Source: Cercozoa sp. M6MM (lineage: Eukaryota; Protista; Endomyxa: Ascetosporea). From it: a DNA stretch of 64,000 bases. The notes beneath the pieces were generated by a model. That model saw nothing but the letters and a program-made list of their open reading frames with translations, was not told where the DNA came from and ran no database searches. The stretch is taken from the NCBI GenBank assembly GCA_040357565.1, contig JBDODJ010000022.1. One strand, given 5' to 3'. Position numbers and translations under genes: made by a program. This document shows, piece after piece, positions 38,451-50,914 of the stretch; the stretch's first letter is position 1, and every line of letters starts with the position of its first letter.

Positions 38451-40438
38451 TTATTGAACGGACAGTCGAATTCGAGTGTGCAGGTCTATGTTTAGCGCCA
38501 CGGTGGTAAACTGCTGGAGCGTTATTTGCGTAAATCCCTGACAGATGCACTCTTGAGAAACACCTGGTACGGAACAGTAAAATGATACAGTACCTTGCGC
38601 AAGGCGAGCGCCATTTGCTCTCGCTTCGTTTTGAGGCCTTCGCGATCATTGCCTTTGTCGACAATACTCTGCACGCGAACGATACCGTCGTCGCCGCGGA
38701 GAATTCCACAGCGTTGCGGCCACAAAACCACCGCACACTCAGCGAATGTCAGTTCGACTGCCTCGGTCACTTGTGCTTTCAGTTGTTTTCGGTCGCTGGC
38801 GAGACTCGTTCCACGGAGCACTGGGAAAATACCAAAACTAGTAAACTAAAAAATTATTAGTATCCCATACCTCGTGTGAGAGAACGACAAAGATCGTCGC
38901 GTGAGATAGCTCCGTCGCCATCAACGTCGAGCAGTGCAAACTGCAGCGCAATCTTGCGGTCCAACGAAGTATTGTCCGAAAACACCGCAAGCAATCGGAT
39001 GAACTCCTCAAAGTCGATTTCGTCCCATTCTTCTTCCGCCGCAGGGGTGAGCTGCGCATTTATGCAAGCGTGCAAACTGAAATAAAAAAGCAGTGTGTAA
39101 GTAGTCGAGTTAAAACACTACAGTACCACTTCTTGCAAACGCGAACGAAAGGGGCAGTGCGCGAACTGAGGCTGCGACCAAAACGCCGCGCGACTTATGG
39201 TGAGTTCCGTCGCTCCTTTCTGTCGCCGCATCCTTCTTGCCCTGCTCAATAGATATTTAAATCACCTGCTTTCATTGTTGAGGAACTCAGTGAGATCATG
39301 AGTGGGTTTACTTTCCGGCGAGTGTGTCGGCGTCACTCCACGCTCCTCGTGAAACAGCAGTGGATGCACCCACGGAGTGCAACGATTCCGAGATCGACGT
39401 TGTGGCCGAACGAGTCGTCGTCACTGACTCTGTCTCAGATCGGCTGAAGCTCTTGTCGTGACTGTAGTCGTGACTTTCATTTTCTCGGCTTTCGTTTTCT
39501 CGATCACCAGTCGAGTTCTCATCGTCATCTTTATCGTCACTTTCCTGTTTTTCTTCTTCGCTGTTGCCTTCATCGGAGTCAAAGCCTTTAAACTCTGGCA
39601 GAGAACGTTTCTTGACTCGCTCACTTTGCTCGACTAGCTGCAGAAACACGCGGAGCAGTCGTCGCAGGTCCTGCTCTACAAATGGCGACTCCATTTTTAG
39701 TCGCTCGATTTCATCAACAGACATGCCGAGAGCTTCCCTATAGTTACACTGGATCACTGAACTGTTTCGCTTTCGTATGCAAAACGAACAAGGGAACGCC
39801 TTCTCCGACCACAAACTTTCGCCAGACTCGTCGTCCCAGTCGTTGGATGCGTCGCCAGACACGACCTGCGCAGCCTTGGGTTTGTCGGGATCTTGCTTCT
39901 GTTTCTTCTTCCCGTTTGAGCTCGTCTTCGTTGGCTTCGCTGTCGAGGCTAATGACACGCTTAAGTCTGCGACAATACTGTAATGTGCTTTCATCTTTGT
40001 CGGTAAATACGCAAAAAATAGTGTACTTTGAGGTCCTTCTTCTTTCCTCGTCTCTCGTTTCGGCTGTTTTTTTCAACCTACCTTTCCCATGACATAGTAT
40101 GCAACTTACCCAAGAAGCTTGATAGAGATTCGAAGGCAAAGAGTTACTTCGACTTTGCACTTAGTGCACTTGAAAGCGTACGCCTGCCAAATATTTCTGA
40201 GTTTCGAGCTCATTTGGATTGCCCTTTTGCAACGTAAACTTACAGTACCAGTGGTCCGGCCTACTGTCTCCGCTGTCAGAGTCTGACAGCGATGTAACCT
40301 CTATGCGATGAGGTTCGTCGGTCATCACTTGGCCCTAAAGTACTGCCATTGGGTTCCGCTGACGTTTTGGCATGTCCATCCGTATTTTCTCATTTCCGCG
40401 AGGACAACATCGCAACTTCCTTGCTCATCATCATGCAT
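38451..40438 (-). CDS. Calcineurin-B/CBL-like EF-hand protein with long N-terminal and acidic inserts
   Basis: IDFEEFIRLLAVFS, DRKIALQFALLDVDGDGAISRDDL, ESPFVEQDLRRLLRVF. Confidence 0.72.
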
Positions 40439-40550
40439 TCTTCAAAAATAAAAGCTGGGAAAAAAGCTGTGGATTGCAAGGAGTTAGAGTTTTTGAGTCG
40501 CTAAGAGTGTGATTTGTAGTGCGCACACGCATGCACACTGTGAGTCAGTC

Positions 40551-41299
40551 ATGATCCGTGCTGTCTACGTTCTAAATCCGTCGGGTGGTCTCGTGTTCGA
40601 CAAGGCGCTGTGTAGCATGCCGAACCTCAACGGTGCCAACGACAAGCTCAACATGGCCGGCGGTACTTCAACTTGTGCAAACATGCGCGTTTAATGGCAT
40701 CCTGTGTTCTCAGCTTTCCATGCACTACACGCGATGGCGAGAGACCTGCACCCAGAATGCGCTGATGGTACAGGTGAGACTTTGAGTCTTCCCCAAGTTT
40801 AGTGGGATGCTCAATTTCTGCAGAAGGCGAAATGAGCGAGGAAACGGACACTGGATTAACAGAAGTGTGCTTTGGCGCCGTGTCATTGCACTGTCTGTGT
40901 GCTGCCACCGGTGCTAAGTTTCTCCTCGTTGCCGACACCGAAGTACCTCCTGCTTGCAGACATCTGACTGCTTTGGACTGATCATTATGCAAGTAGACTG
41001 TTTCGAGCGAAGTGGCGCAAGCCATTCTGCGTTCTGTACATGCCGCTTTTGCCGATCACGTGTTGAAAGACCCATTTCAGCAGGTTGTTTGCTCTGTCAA
41101 TCTCTGTCAGTCTTTCGTGTGTCGGTGTACCTTGTGTGTGCTGGGTTGCAGGTTGATATGCCAGTCAAATCGCCCGCTTTCTGTATGTTCTTCTCCCTAT
41201 TTTAATGGGAAGGCTGATCTTACAACTGTATTGTTCGCGGCAGGGCGCGCAGTCGCAAGCATTATCTACTCGAGAACGCGGCAACAAATTAGCATCTGA
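40551..41299 (+). CDS. TRAPPC4: TRAPP subunit 4 (Trs23/synbindin), 6 exons
   Basis: VYVLNPSGGLVF, NDKLNMAGAFHALHA, LHCLCAATGAKFLLV, VHAAFADHVLKDPFQQVDMPVKS. Confidence 0.85.
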
Positions 41300-41584
41300 T
41301 CATGCATTAAGGACTGAAATTTGGAACGTACCGGACCCATACGCGGGTTGGATCGGATTTGTCGTTTAACCTACCGTACTGTACTGCCAGTGTACTCCAG
41401 TTCAGTTGTGACTACGTATCGTATACGACACCGGTGCTCAGTTCAGTTGTGAGCAAAGTTTGTTGCTTTCGTAGCCTTAGGACTCGACTGTACGGTAAAT
41501 GTGGGCTCGGCCAGCGCAGGTCCAGGCTACCAAAGCAGCATATTCGGGCAACACCTGACTGTACAGTACGCCAGTTCGATTGGA

Positions 41585-44050
41585 CTAAATAAAAAAGCTA
41601 TTCGCCGCGCGCTGAAGCCGAATGGATCGGCGACGCAATCGCGTCAGCGCTTGTCGCACAATTCGGCAACTAGGGCGTTTCGCTGGCTCTTGCTCGAGAC
41701 ACTGTAAGGAGAGTATATTCACAAATCTGATATGCTCTAAAACGGAAAGATACAGCCTCGACAATGTCGCGAATGGCCGTGGGCACAAACTTTGGCCACT
41801 GCAGTGGTCTGTTTTGAGGGCAAAGTACTCCGTACTGTGACTGCAGCGCAATAAGTCAAAGTGTGTGAGTGCAGAGTACACTTGGAAAGCTCGTCGGGCA
41901 AACAGTTCGAACAGCGTGGCACCCAGCGAGTACACGTCCGACTTTGTTGAGTACTCCCACTGCACATGCAGCAGACAAGCACACTACTCCAACATACAAA
42001 GCAGCCTTAAGAATTGTCGCACCCTTAACCGTGTCTCAGGGGCCAGATAAACCGCAGTTCCACCGGCAGGCAGAGCACACAGGAAACGTCGACCCTGCTG
42101 GCACTGCGTCGCCGCGCGGATTGGAAAATACAACAACTGAGGCTGCGTCCACGCGGATGGGGGCGGTTCTGTATCCGCGCGGAAGCGCAGAGGCAATCGA
42201 TCTTTGTCATAGTCAGTGATATCAAGAACGACGCGATTTTCGTGGTTTTCGCCGCTGCTGTCGTACATGGCGGCGAGTCCGAAATCGCTCAGTTTCACGC
42301 GATTGCGTTCCGAGAGCTAAAACAGCAAAACTGTTATACCCCCCTTTTATTATGCCCTTTATTGTCAGGTACCAGAACGTTGGCCGGCTTGAGGTCGCGG
42401 TGCAGTACTTTGGCACTGTGCAGACACTGCAGAGCGGAACACAGCTCAGCGGCCAGTCGGAGCACGCCGATCCAGCTGCACACAGAGGGACGGAAGTAAT
42501 ACCCAGAAGTAACACCAGAAGGAATACCCAGAGGTAATACCCAGAGGTAGTACCCAGAAGTAATACCCAGAGGTAATACCTAGAGGTATTACCCAGAAGT
42601 AATACCTAGAGGTATTACCCAGAAGTAATACCGAGAGGTAATACCGAGAGGTAATACCCAGAGAGAGAGAGAGAGAGGGTACAGTAAGGAGACAAGGTTA
42701 GTGTACCAGACAGGCACAGTGACAGAGTTAGCGTTGTCGGCCGTGTTGCCCGGTGTCGACGTCTCGGTGTCGCAGTTCGCACTGTCGAAGGTGTCGATCG
42801 ACATGCGGCGCAACTGCGCCACCGAGGCACGTGCCAGTAACGGTTCTTGTTCACTGCGGTCATCTTGATGATCAGGGTGGTCACTTTGATCACTGGAGTG
42901 ATCGCTATGGTCACTGGGGCGATCATTGAAACCGTGCACGTGGCAGCCAGCGTTGTCGCAAAACTCGCTGTAGCTCTCGTGACTCAGGTCGCTGCGATCG
43001 CCGCGGAAACCGTCGCACGTGCCAAAGATCAGCGATCGCAGCGAGCGTTTCTTGCAGCGCTCCAGCACGAGAGCACCGTGCCGAGTCACGCCGATCAGCT
43101 GCACGATGTTGGGATGTCGCACGCGCGTCAGCACGACGGCCTCGTGGAACAACTGCAGCACGGCACGCCGATCAGTGATCGGAACCGTCTTGATAGCCAC
43201 CTGGGAACCGTGCCACGTGCCAGTGTAGACAGTGCCACTGGCACCTCGACCGACCACTCGGTCAGTGACGGTGACATCATCGATCAGAACACCCAAGTCG
43301 GCGAGCAGCGGGAACACCTGGCGACACCGCCGGTGCTGCAGCAGCGTCGCCACGTGGCCGTACAGGTGCGCCAGGTCATCGCTCTGTTTGACACGCCGCT
43401 GTTTGGGTGCCTCGGTGGGCACTGAAACCGTTTGCAAGGTGGGCGACACCAAGGCGACGACGCAGGTGAGTGCACAGGCCACCACCGTCACCAGCGGCAA
43501 CTGCAACAAGCGACCCACGGCAACGAAGCAGTGCGTCAGCGACAGTGCAATCACGAGAGTCATTGTCGCCGTGTGTTTGGCTTGCGTACCAGCTATACCA
43601 ACAGTACCGATATTGAGTAGTTGCAGAGGACAGTCAGGGTACCTGCCAGGAGCAGCACGACACTCGCAAAGAACTGCGTGGCCACGGCATAGTCATCTAG
43701 TTCGACACCCAGTGGCAGCAGCGCATACGCACGGTCACTCCCGAGTCGCACACGAACGCAAATGTCGCACAACAGTCGACCCAGGAGACAGCTAGTCACT
43801 GCACTCCAGCAGGTCAGTCGCTGGCGTTGTGTGCACTCCTGCAGTCGCAGCTGCATCACCACGCCCGCTGTCTGACTCGTCCACCACAGCGTTGGCACCA
43901 GTGTCGTCGCCAGGTACGCGTACTCCAGCGGCACCAACAACAACATCGTTGCTAGCAACAGGCCTGCACATCTTTGGAGTTACCGCCTGGACTTAGGGTC
44001 AAAACTCAAGGCTACAGAACAGCGACACTGCGCACCAACGACGCTGACAT
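41585..44050 (-). CDS. Tyrosine-kinase-like protein kinase with multi-pass membrane N-terminus
   Basis: GRGASGTVY, VAIK, HPNIVQLIG, HRDLKPANVL, DFG, GTAVYLAPE, KSDVYSLG, CL..EPAKRP. Several hydrophobic segments upstream. Confidence 0.85.
42495..42678. repeat. 13-bp intronic minisatellite (GGTAATACCCAGA-like) followed by (GA)n
   Basis: About 12 degenerate copies visible. Confidence 0.9.
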
Positions 44051-44430
44051 TTCGTGCTTCGCCATGTCCAACTGCAGACAGCACAGGGGTTTACTGTAAA
44101 CGACTTGCATGAACAAAAAGACTCTACACTGCCCAACCGGCACTCGCAGCACCAAAAATCAACTGCAACACGAGTACATCGTTCATCAGTTTTTGGCGCA
44201 GTTGACGCCTTTTCTTGCCAGTTTTCAATGTTTCAGTGTGGTTCGACGCCGATCGCCCATGCAAAGCACTTTTTGATTCTAACGCGCGCACCGCACAGTC
44301 TTTGAGACGATAAACTCAAGAAAGCAGGCAAAAAATACCAGGCCTTTAATTATGCTCCCCAACGAGATTTGGTGTACTCTATAAAGGGTGATGCAGCCTA
44401 GACGTGTGCAAACTCTGTAAAGTTTTGATT

Positions 44431-46198
44431 ATGAGCAATGAAGCTGCGTTTAGGCAACTGTGCGAGCTACTTGATGCCGATCCACTCATGTATTCATCAT
44501 TGCACAAATACAGAAAAACCAAAACGTGAATTCTGACAGAGACGAGTTTGGCGTCGTACCAGATCTGCGCCAAGCGTTTCCGAACGCTTCGGTCGACTCA
44601 TATGTAGCGCGGCTTTGTAAAATGCTGGTTTTGTTTCTTGACACTCCTCTGTGAGCAGGTGCATTGCGAATCGCACAAACTCGGCATGCGTGCTGACGCG
44701 CTTCCTCTTCTTCTGGGAGCTGCGATGCAGAAATTCCAGGAGCTTCGAAATGAAACATTAGACACCAACGACGAAGCGATCGAAGCTGTTCGAAATGTGA
44801 CGCGCGTGCTGCTCCTGCTGAATGCGGACCATTACAGCTCGTGGAATGCGCGGAAGCAGTGTCTGTTGTCGGTACTTTTTGCGTGCGTGCGTGTGTGTTT
44901 CTTTACTGAAAGCATTTCGCACGTTGATAGCACTGCACGAAGGAACAACTGCGACGGTAGCTTCCTTTGCTTGGACTAACTTTCGATCGATTTTCTTGCG
45001 TGCACGGTCTGCAGAGAACTCTACTTCACGCAACTCGTCCTGTCAAGACAACACAAAAGCGGCGACACATGGGTAGAGTTTTTTCTAGTTTATTTGTTTG
45101 TTTTTGTGTCTTTTGGCAGTTTTTTACAGGCGCATCGGCGCTTCGTGCTGACGAGACTGCTTCCGCTCGCTGCCGAAACCGGCGAACTAGTGCGTCAAGA
45201 AATTGCTCTTTGTGAGCGATCATGCGAACTGTACAGGTAGAGTCTATTTGGTTGTTTAATGATCTGGTTTTCACTCTCCAGATTGTGTGCGCAGACGAAA
45301 TTATTACGCATGGACACATCGAAGATGGTGCGTGCAGCATCTCGCCAGCCTGGAGGTTAGTCCATCTCAGCGTGTTGTTTTTCATCCGCGTTTCAAGCTG
45401 ACACTGTTTTACAGCTTGGTGAAAGTGCAGTGAACGAATTGTTGCGACATGACGCCTTTGCGGTATCTTTTGACGGGTTCATGTGTTGACTGTTAGATTG
45501 TCTTGACTGTAGGTGGGCAAGTGGCTCCGTCGCCACGTGTCGGACCACTCTGCCGTCCATCATCGTGTCTTGTCGCTCGTCGCTCTTGTCTCTCGCTCTG
45601 TCGGTACAGTTCGTAGCCCAAACAGCGTTTATTTGTACTGTTGTTAAACAGAGGTTGCCGACGGCGACTTGAATGCAACTGGCGTTTCGATCGAGCCCGA
45701 GCACGAGGACACTTTGAGTGTGTTCGGTGACATTGACTGTTGCAGTGAGAGTGACAGCGTGTGGTACAATGAACTGAGGCGCGTTGTCGCTCCTTTAATC
45801 TTGTGAGCTTTTCTACTTTTGCTTTCATTCTTGCTGTCTAGTATTCTCGCATTGTTGTGCCAATGCAGAAAGTTCCCAGGCCACGTGTCACTGTGGTATT
45901 GGGCACGTGCCGCCATCCTGCACTGCAGTGGCGATCAACGTGGCACTGTGATTGAGTGCTTCCACCGGTTTGTGCAGCGGTACATCTGTCAAACAGAGAC
46001 CGGGCGCTGCTTTTAATCTACTCTCTCTTCAGTGTTTTTGAGGATGACATGTCGGCGAATTATGAAGCACAACAGCGCTTCGCATCGAATACGCTGCGCT
46101 GGCTTCGCCTTCAAGTTTCCACTGCCGCTGAGCCAAACTTGAAACTGCCCAAGCATGCGAGGTGCGAGGTTATGCCGGGCGACCAACCCGCACCGTGA
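44431..46198 (+). CDS. PTAR1: Protein prenyltransferase alpha-subunit repeat protein (PTAR1-like)
   Basis: DPL.DEFG, HKLG, TRVLLLLNADHYSSWNARK, HKSGDTWAHRRFVL, RNYYAWTHRRW, FPGHVSLWYW. Confidence 0.8.
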
Positions 46199-46547
46199 GT
46201 CCCGTCCCGTCCGTGATCCCGTCCCGTCGGTGACGGGTCGGACCTCCATCCGGCCGGGACTTTGACGTACTGTACGTAATGACGTGGTCTCAGAGTCCAG
46301 GCTTGCTTTTGCTGTACGTATACTCGACTTCACGCTACGCATCTGTCGTCCGGTCGGGTTTTTAGCCACAATATTCAAGTCACGGTACACAGTATAGTTT
46401 AAGTTACGTTACAAGCAAGCGCAAGGGCACGATATGCGCAAAGGCACGATATGACGTCACCCATCATTAAACCCTGATCGATACCCCGATACATGTACTA
46501 CAGTGGGTAGCGCAGTCGAGCAGAGTTCCAAACCGGGCACGTGGGGG

Positions 46548-47894
46548 TCAAACACCGACCGTGTATCGCGCCAGCAGCGGCCAGTGGTCACTGCCGACGC
46601 TGAGCAAGAGATCACGCGTCGCCTCAACTTCGCTGGACCTGCAAACAAGGCTCAAACAATCAACATACAGACACAATCCATGTGTCACGAGCGACGAGCA
46701 AGAAGGCTACTTGGTCAGCACACGCGTCTCAGAGAGTGTCCATACGTCGCCATGACTCAGCACATAGTCGATGCGGTAGCGCGGGTGTGCCACGTGGGCC
46801 GTACACCTGCAACAACATAACGTGTCATAGTCACTCCTTGGAGACAGTGCCAGTGTCATGCATACTTCTCCTTGGGCGCCAACCGGCTCACATCACCGCC
46901 GTTGGCGTCCAAAAAGGCATCGCGCATGCCCATCACCTCGCGCACCCTACAGCATTAAATCATACCTGAACCGAAACACAGGATATCGGCAGTGTGCAAA
47001 GTGTACTGGGTCATGACGCGGTTGTCCGGCATCTGCCAGCCTCTCCTGTGGTGGTGTCCCACTCTGCCAAAACACAAAACGTCCTGGAAACTACAAGGAG
47101 GCATAAGGCAGGCCGTACAGTGCACACCACTCTGCGTCCGAAAAGTCGCTCTTGTGGATTGAGTTGAGATCGCCACACAGCAGGTGCGGCCTACATGTCT
47201 CGCGCAGTGGCCGCAGCAGCTCGTCGTCGAGCTGCGCCAACTGCCAAAGTCGCACGTCGTCCGAGATATGGTCCAGGTGCGTGCAAACCACGGAAAACTC
47301 GAGCCCAGTTTCTTTCAGCACAAAATCGCCGCGGATGCCCGAACGGCGGTTGCAACTGTCCAAACACCACGCATAGCCACAATCTCACTATGTGAAACCG
47401 AAAACAACTGATCGAAAAGTATCTGGAAAATCAGAATGCCGAAAAAAGAATCAACTGATCGAAAAGTATCTGGGAATTACGTGCCATACAACGGGTGGCC
47501 CTCGGGAGGTTCCATTGCGACGCGCTGCAACTCTTGTAGCTCCAGGCGATCGCGACGGAAGAGCATGACATTGCCAAAGGACGCAAAGTCTGCTGAGGCA
47601 AAGCGCGCCTCAAAAGGCGAGTCACGCAGTCGCTTACCAAAGCGGCATTTTGAGAAGTAAACATCATCATCAGTCTTGGACGAACCAAAACTGGTGCCTC
47701 CTGAGGCACAGACCTCGTTGAGACACACGATGTCTGCCTGGACACGGGTGCAGATAGTGTGATGGCAGGACATGCCTGAAAGAAGCAGTGAAACGAACCC
47801 CGAGCGAGTCTGCCAACTGAACGAGCGCCTCGATGGCGCGTCCACTCGACGCTGAGAGCACGTTGTACGACAAAACCGTTAGAGACTGCGACAT
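46548..47894 (-). CDS. Endonuclease/exonuclease/phosphatase (EEP) family protein
   Basis: VLSYNV, ADIVCLNEV, GNVML, THLDH, LLCGDLNS, RIDYV, GSDHWPL. Confidence 0.85.
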
Positions 47895-48371
47895 CGTTGT
47901 TCTGCACAGGTCTACACAGGGAGATGGACACGAGGAGATGAACGCGAGGATCTCATAATCTCATTTTTTTGTTGTCTGAAACAAAACGATTGATCTCAGT
48001 GCCGGTGGAAAAAAACGGCGACTCAGTCGATTGGTTGTGTACTACCAGTCAGATGCCCGATTGAGCAACCGGCGTTTTGTCACGGCTAGGACTTGGTAGC
48101 TATCGCACTGTCTGTCCTCTAAACTTTCCTGAAAGTTTGCGCCCGTGTGGCTCAAGCTGGACGATGTGGCTCAATTTGGACGGATCACCAGTAGTTGTAG
48201 CTACCGCGCGACAGACGCTTACAACGACCTAGCGCGTGTGTAAAGTGTGCCTTCTTTCGCTGGACGGTAATATTAGCCTGCAGAAACACCTTTGGCAGGA
48301 CACGTGTGGACGTCAGAAGAAAATCACTTGATATCACACTCGTTGGGCTCTTCAGACTCGACATCGACAGC

Positions 48372-49010
48372 ATGGGCGGAGACACGTTGCCTCCGTTTCT
48401 GGAGCATCTATGGACAATGCTTAATGACGCGCGTTTGTCTCCGTACATATCATGGAGCGACGATCAGACCTTTGTGATCTCGCAGCCCAAGCAGTTCGAG
48501 ATTCACGTAATTACGCATCTGTCTGACAGTGTGTTTTATCCTTTTTCTAGCGTGTACGAGAGTTTGCATAGGTGCTGCCGCGTTTCTTCAAGCACAACAA
48601 ACTGAGCAGCTTTGTGCGGCAGCTGAACATGTACCAGTTTCACAAGGTGCGTGATGCCGACCAGTTGGCGTGGCGGCATCCCTACTTTCGTCGTGGACAC
48701 CGGCACTTGCTGGTGAGTGTGATCTTTTTGTCTGTTGTCGCTCCTGTCTTGACTGGTGTTACTTGGGCAACAGAAACAAATTCGAAGGAAGTCGGCGGGC
48801 GATGCCAAGCGAGCAAAGGTTGCTAGTGTAGCGTGACCTGTATCCTCCCTCCCCTCTGCAGTATTAATGTGCCTCCTCTGACACAGATACAGTCGACGGG
48901 TCCGCCACCAGTGTCGATGCCGCCGTTGCGACCTGCGTCAGAGACAGCTGTATCTTGCTTGTTGTATTCTTATCCAGGCATATAGTATATATATATATGT
49001 ATATGTATGT

Positions 49011-49049
<39 letters not shown>

Positions 49050-49888
49050 TTATATATATATATATGTGTGTGTGACTGCAGGTACTTCGCGGTCAAGTGA
49101 CGGCGCTGGAGCAGCGCGTGCATCAACTGTAGCTTGTCTTTACCCCCCTCACCCCTACCAACCCGGTGTCTCCAGGGAGGCACACATGTCGCACCTGCAG
49201 TCGGAGAACGTGCGACTGTCGAACCGACAGGCGCAGATGGCCAACGCGCTGCGTAAGGCCTTTGGCTGGATCGTCACCTCGGTGGAGGAGCAACTCAAGA
49301 TCGACTTGCATCCGACCCGCGACCTGGCCGCAGTGTACCATTTACCCCTTTCCCTTTACCCCTACCCTTTACCCTACCCTTTACCCCTTTACTCCTTCTA
49401 GTTACCCCTTCTCTTTACTCCTTCCCTTTACCCCTTTCATTTACCCCCTTCCCTTTAGCCCCTGCCACTTATCTCTGCACCTTTAACCCTACCCTAGGTT
49501 CGAGCAACTCTCGATCGAGCACCCGATGCTACCGCCGCAGGCGACGTCGGCAGCTTCGGCAGCATCAACGAGCGGCACGCAACCTGTGTTCCGCGGCGGC
49601 AGCGGCGGCGTCAAGCGCACGGCGTGTGCCATGTCACCCGACCAGTACTACCTCACCCTACTACCTCACCCTACTACCTCACTCTACTACCTCAGCCACA
49701 GCCCAGCAAACTACCCTGTCTGTGCCCTTGCACCCTTGTGTTGCAGTAGGTGTCACGTGGAGGAAGTGACGTCCTCGCCGACTCGTGAGGATGTCATCAT
49801 GCTGCCCTACAGCAACAGTCAACCACAACAGCAGCAGTTACAACAGTTACAACAGCAACAGCAACCACAGACACGACAGCAGACACGC

Positions 49889-49929
<41 letters not shown>

Positions 49930-50538
49930 ACGAGAAAAACAACAACTGGCGTCCCCTCAGCCGCCGATGTCGATGCTGCACGGGATGCCGACATTGCCAC
50001 AGATTCCGTCCATGCAGAACAATCAGGTCATTCCCTACACGCCTGTTAGTGTACCTTACCCCCTTCCCTCCCACCTCTGTTGTTATACTTAGATTATTTT
50101 ATACTATGACGGGTGAGGCAGCACGTCGACTACGGCATCGGCGTACCTGGCAACTCGGGCGCGGCTGCCCTCCAACCTCCGACCAAGCGTAGCAAACACC
50201 AGACGTCTGGTGACCCAGAAACTGCCCCAGCCACTGCACCGGGAACAGTGTTAGGCTCACCAAGTCAGTCCGGACCGCTGTTTGACACCGTGATCGACGC
50301 GGACCCGCTGTTCCGCGGTCCCGGCGACGCCGACGATTTGATTCTCGGCTCGCCTGTCTTCCCGGCGGACGACCTCGGACCGCCACCGCTCTTCGCGGCC
50401 TCCTCCATCGGCGCACAGAACGGCAACGACCTGTTCCCCAACAGCAGCAGCAACTCCTCTTCGGTCTCTCGCGACGACGGCGGCGCTGCCAGCGGCGGGA
50501 TGAACGACGACTACTTCAAGTTTGGCGACGTGCGGTGA
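48372..50538 (+). CDS. HSF: Heat shock transcription factor
   Basis: PPFLEHLWTML, ISWS, VLPRFFKHNKLSSFVRQLNMYQFHK, HPYFRRG..LLKQIRRK, HR-A/B coiled coil, polyQ, acidic-aromatic C-terminus. Confidence 0.92.
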
Positions 50539-50914
50539 ACCGTCAGTTCAACGTCAGTTTCGTTTAATTATAAAGCGCGAGCTCTGACGTAGAGGTTGTT
50601 ACGGCATAGCGATTCTCAGTCAGTCAAGTCTCCCGTCTGACTACTCGCCGTCAGCGACGTATAAAAGGATTGTGTCTGCAGCTCACGCACTGGACTGCAG
50701 GGCTAGGGCTGATTTAGCAGCCTTCAACAAGCCTTCAAGCTTTCGACCGAACGCTGACGACGGACCGTCTCTACTGTGGTATGTCTTACAGTCCCCCCCC
50801 CTTTGACGTCTTTCGTTTAATTGACTTAACACTTCAGTTCCTTTGTTAAGTTACTGGTTTCCCACACGTACTGTAACAATGTGCTGTAACTCTGTCAGAA
50901 AAGCGAGCGAACTG

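Noticed and set aside
46548-47894. EEP gene as a domesticated LINE endonuclease
   Set aside because: Its motifs (GNVML, THLDH) fit cellular EEP families, it is intron-rich, and it shows no specific likeness to the nearby APE
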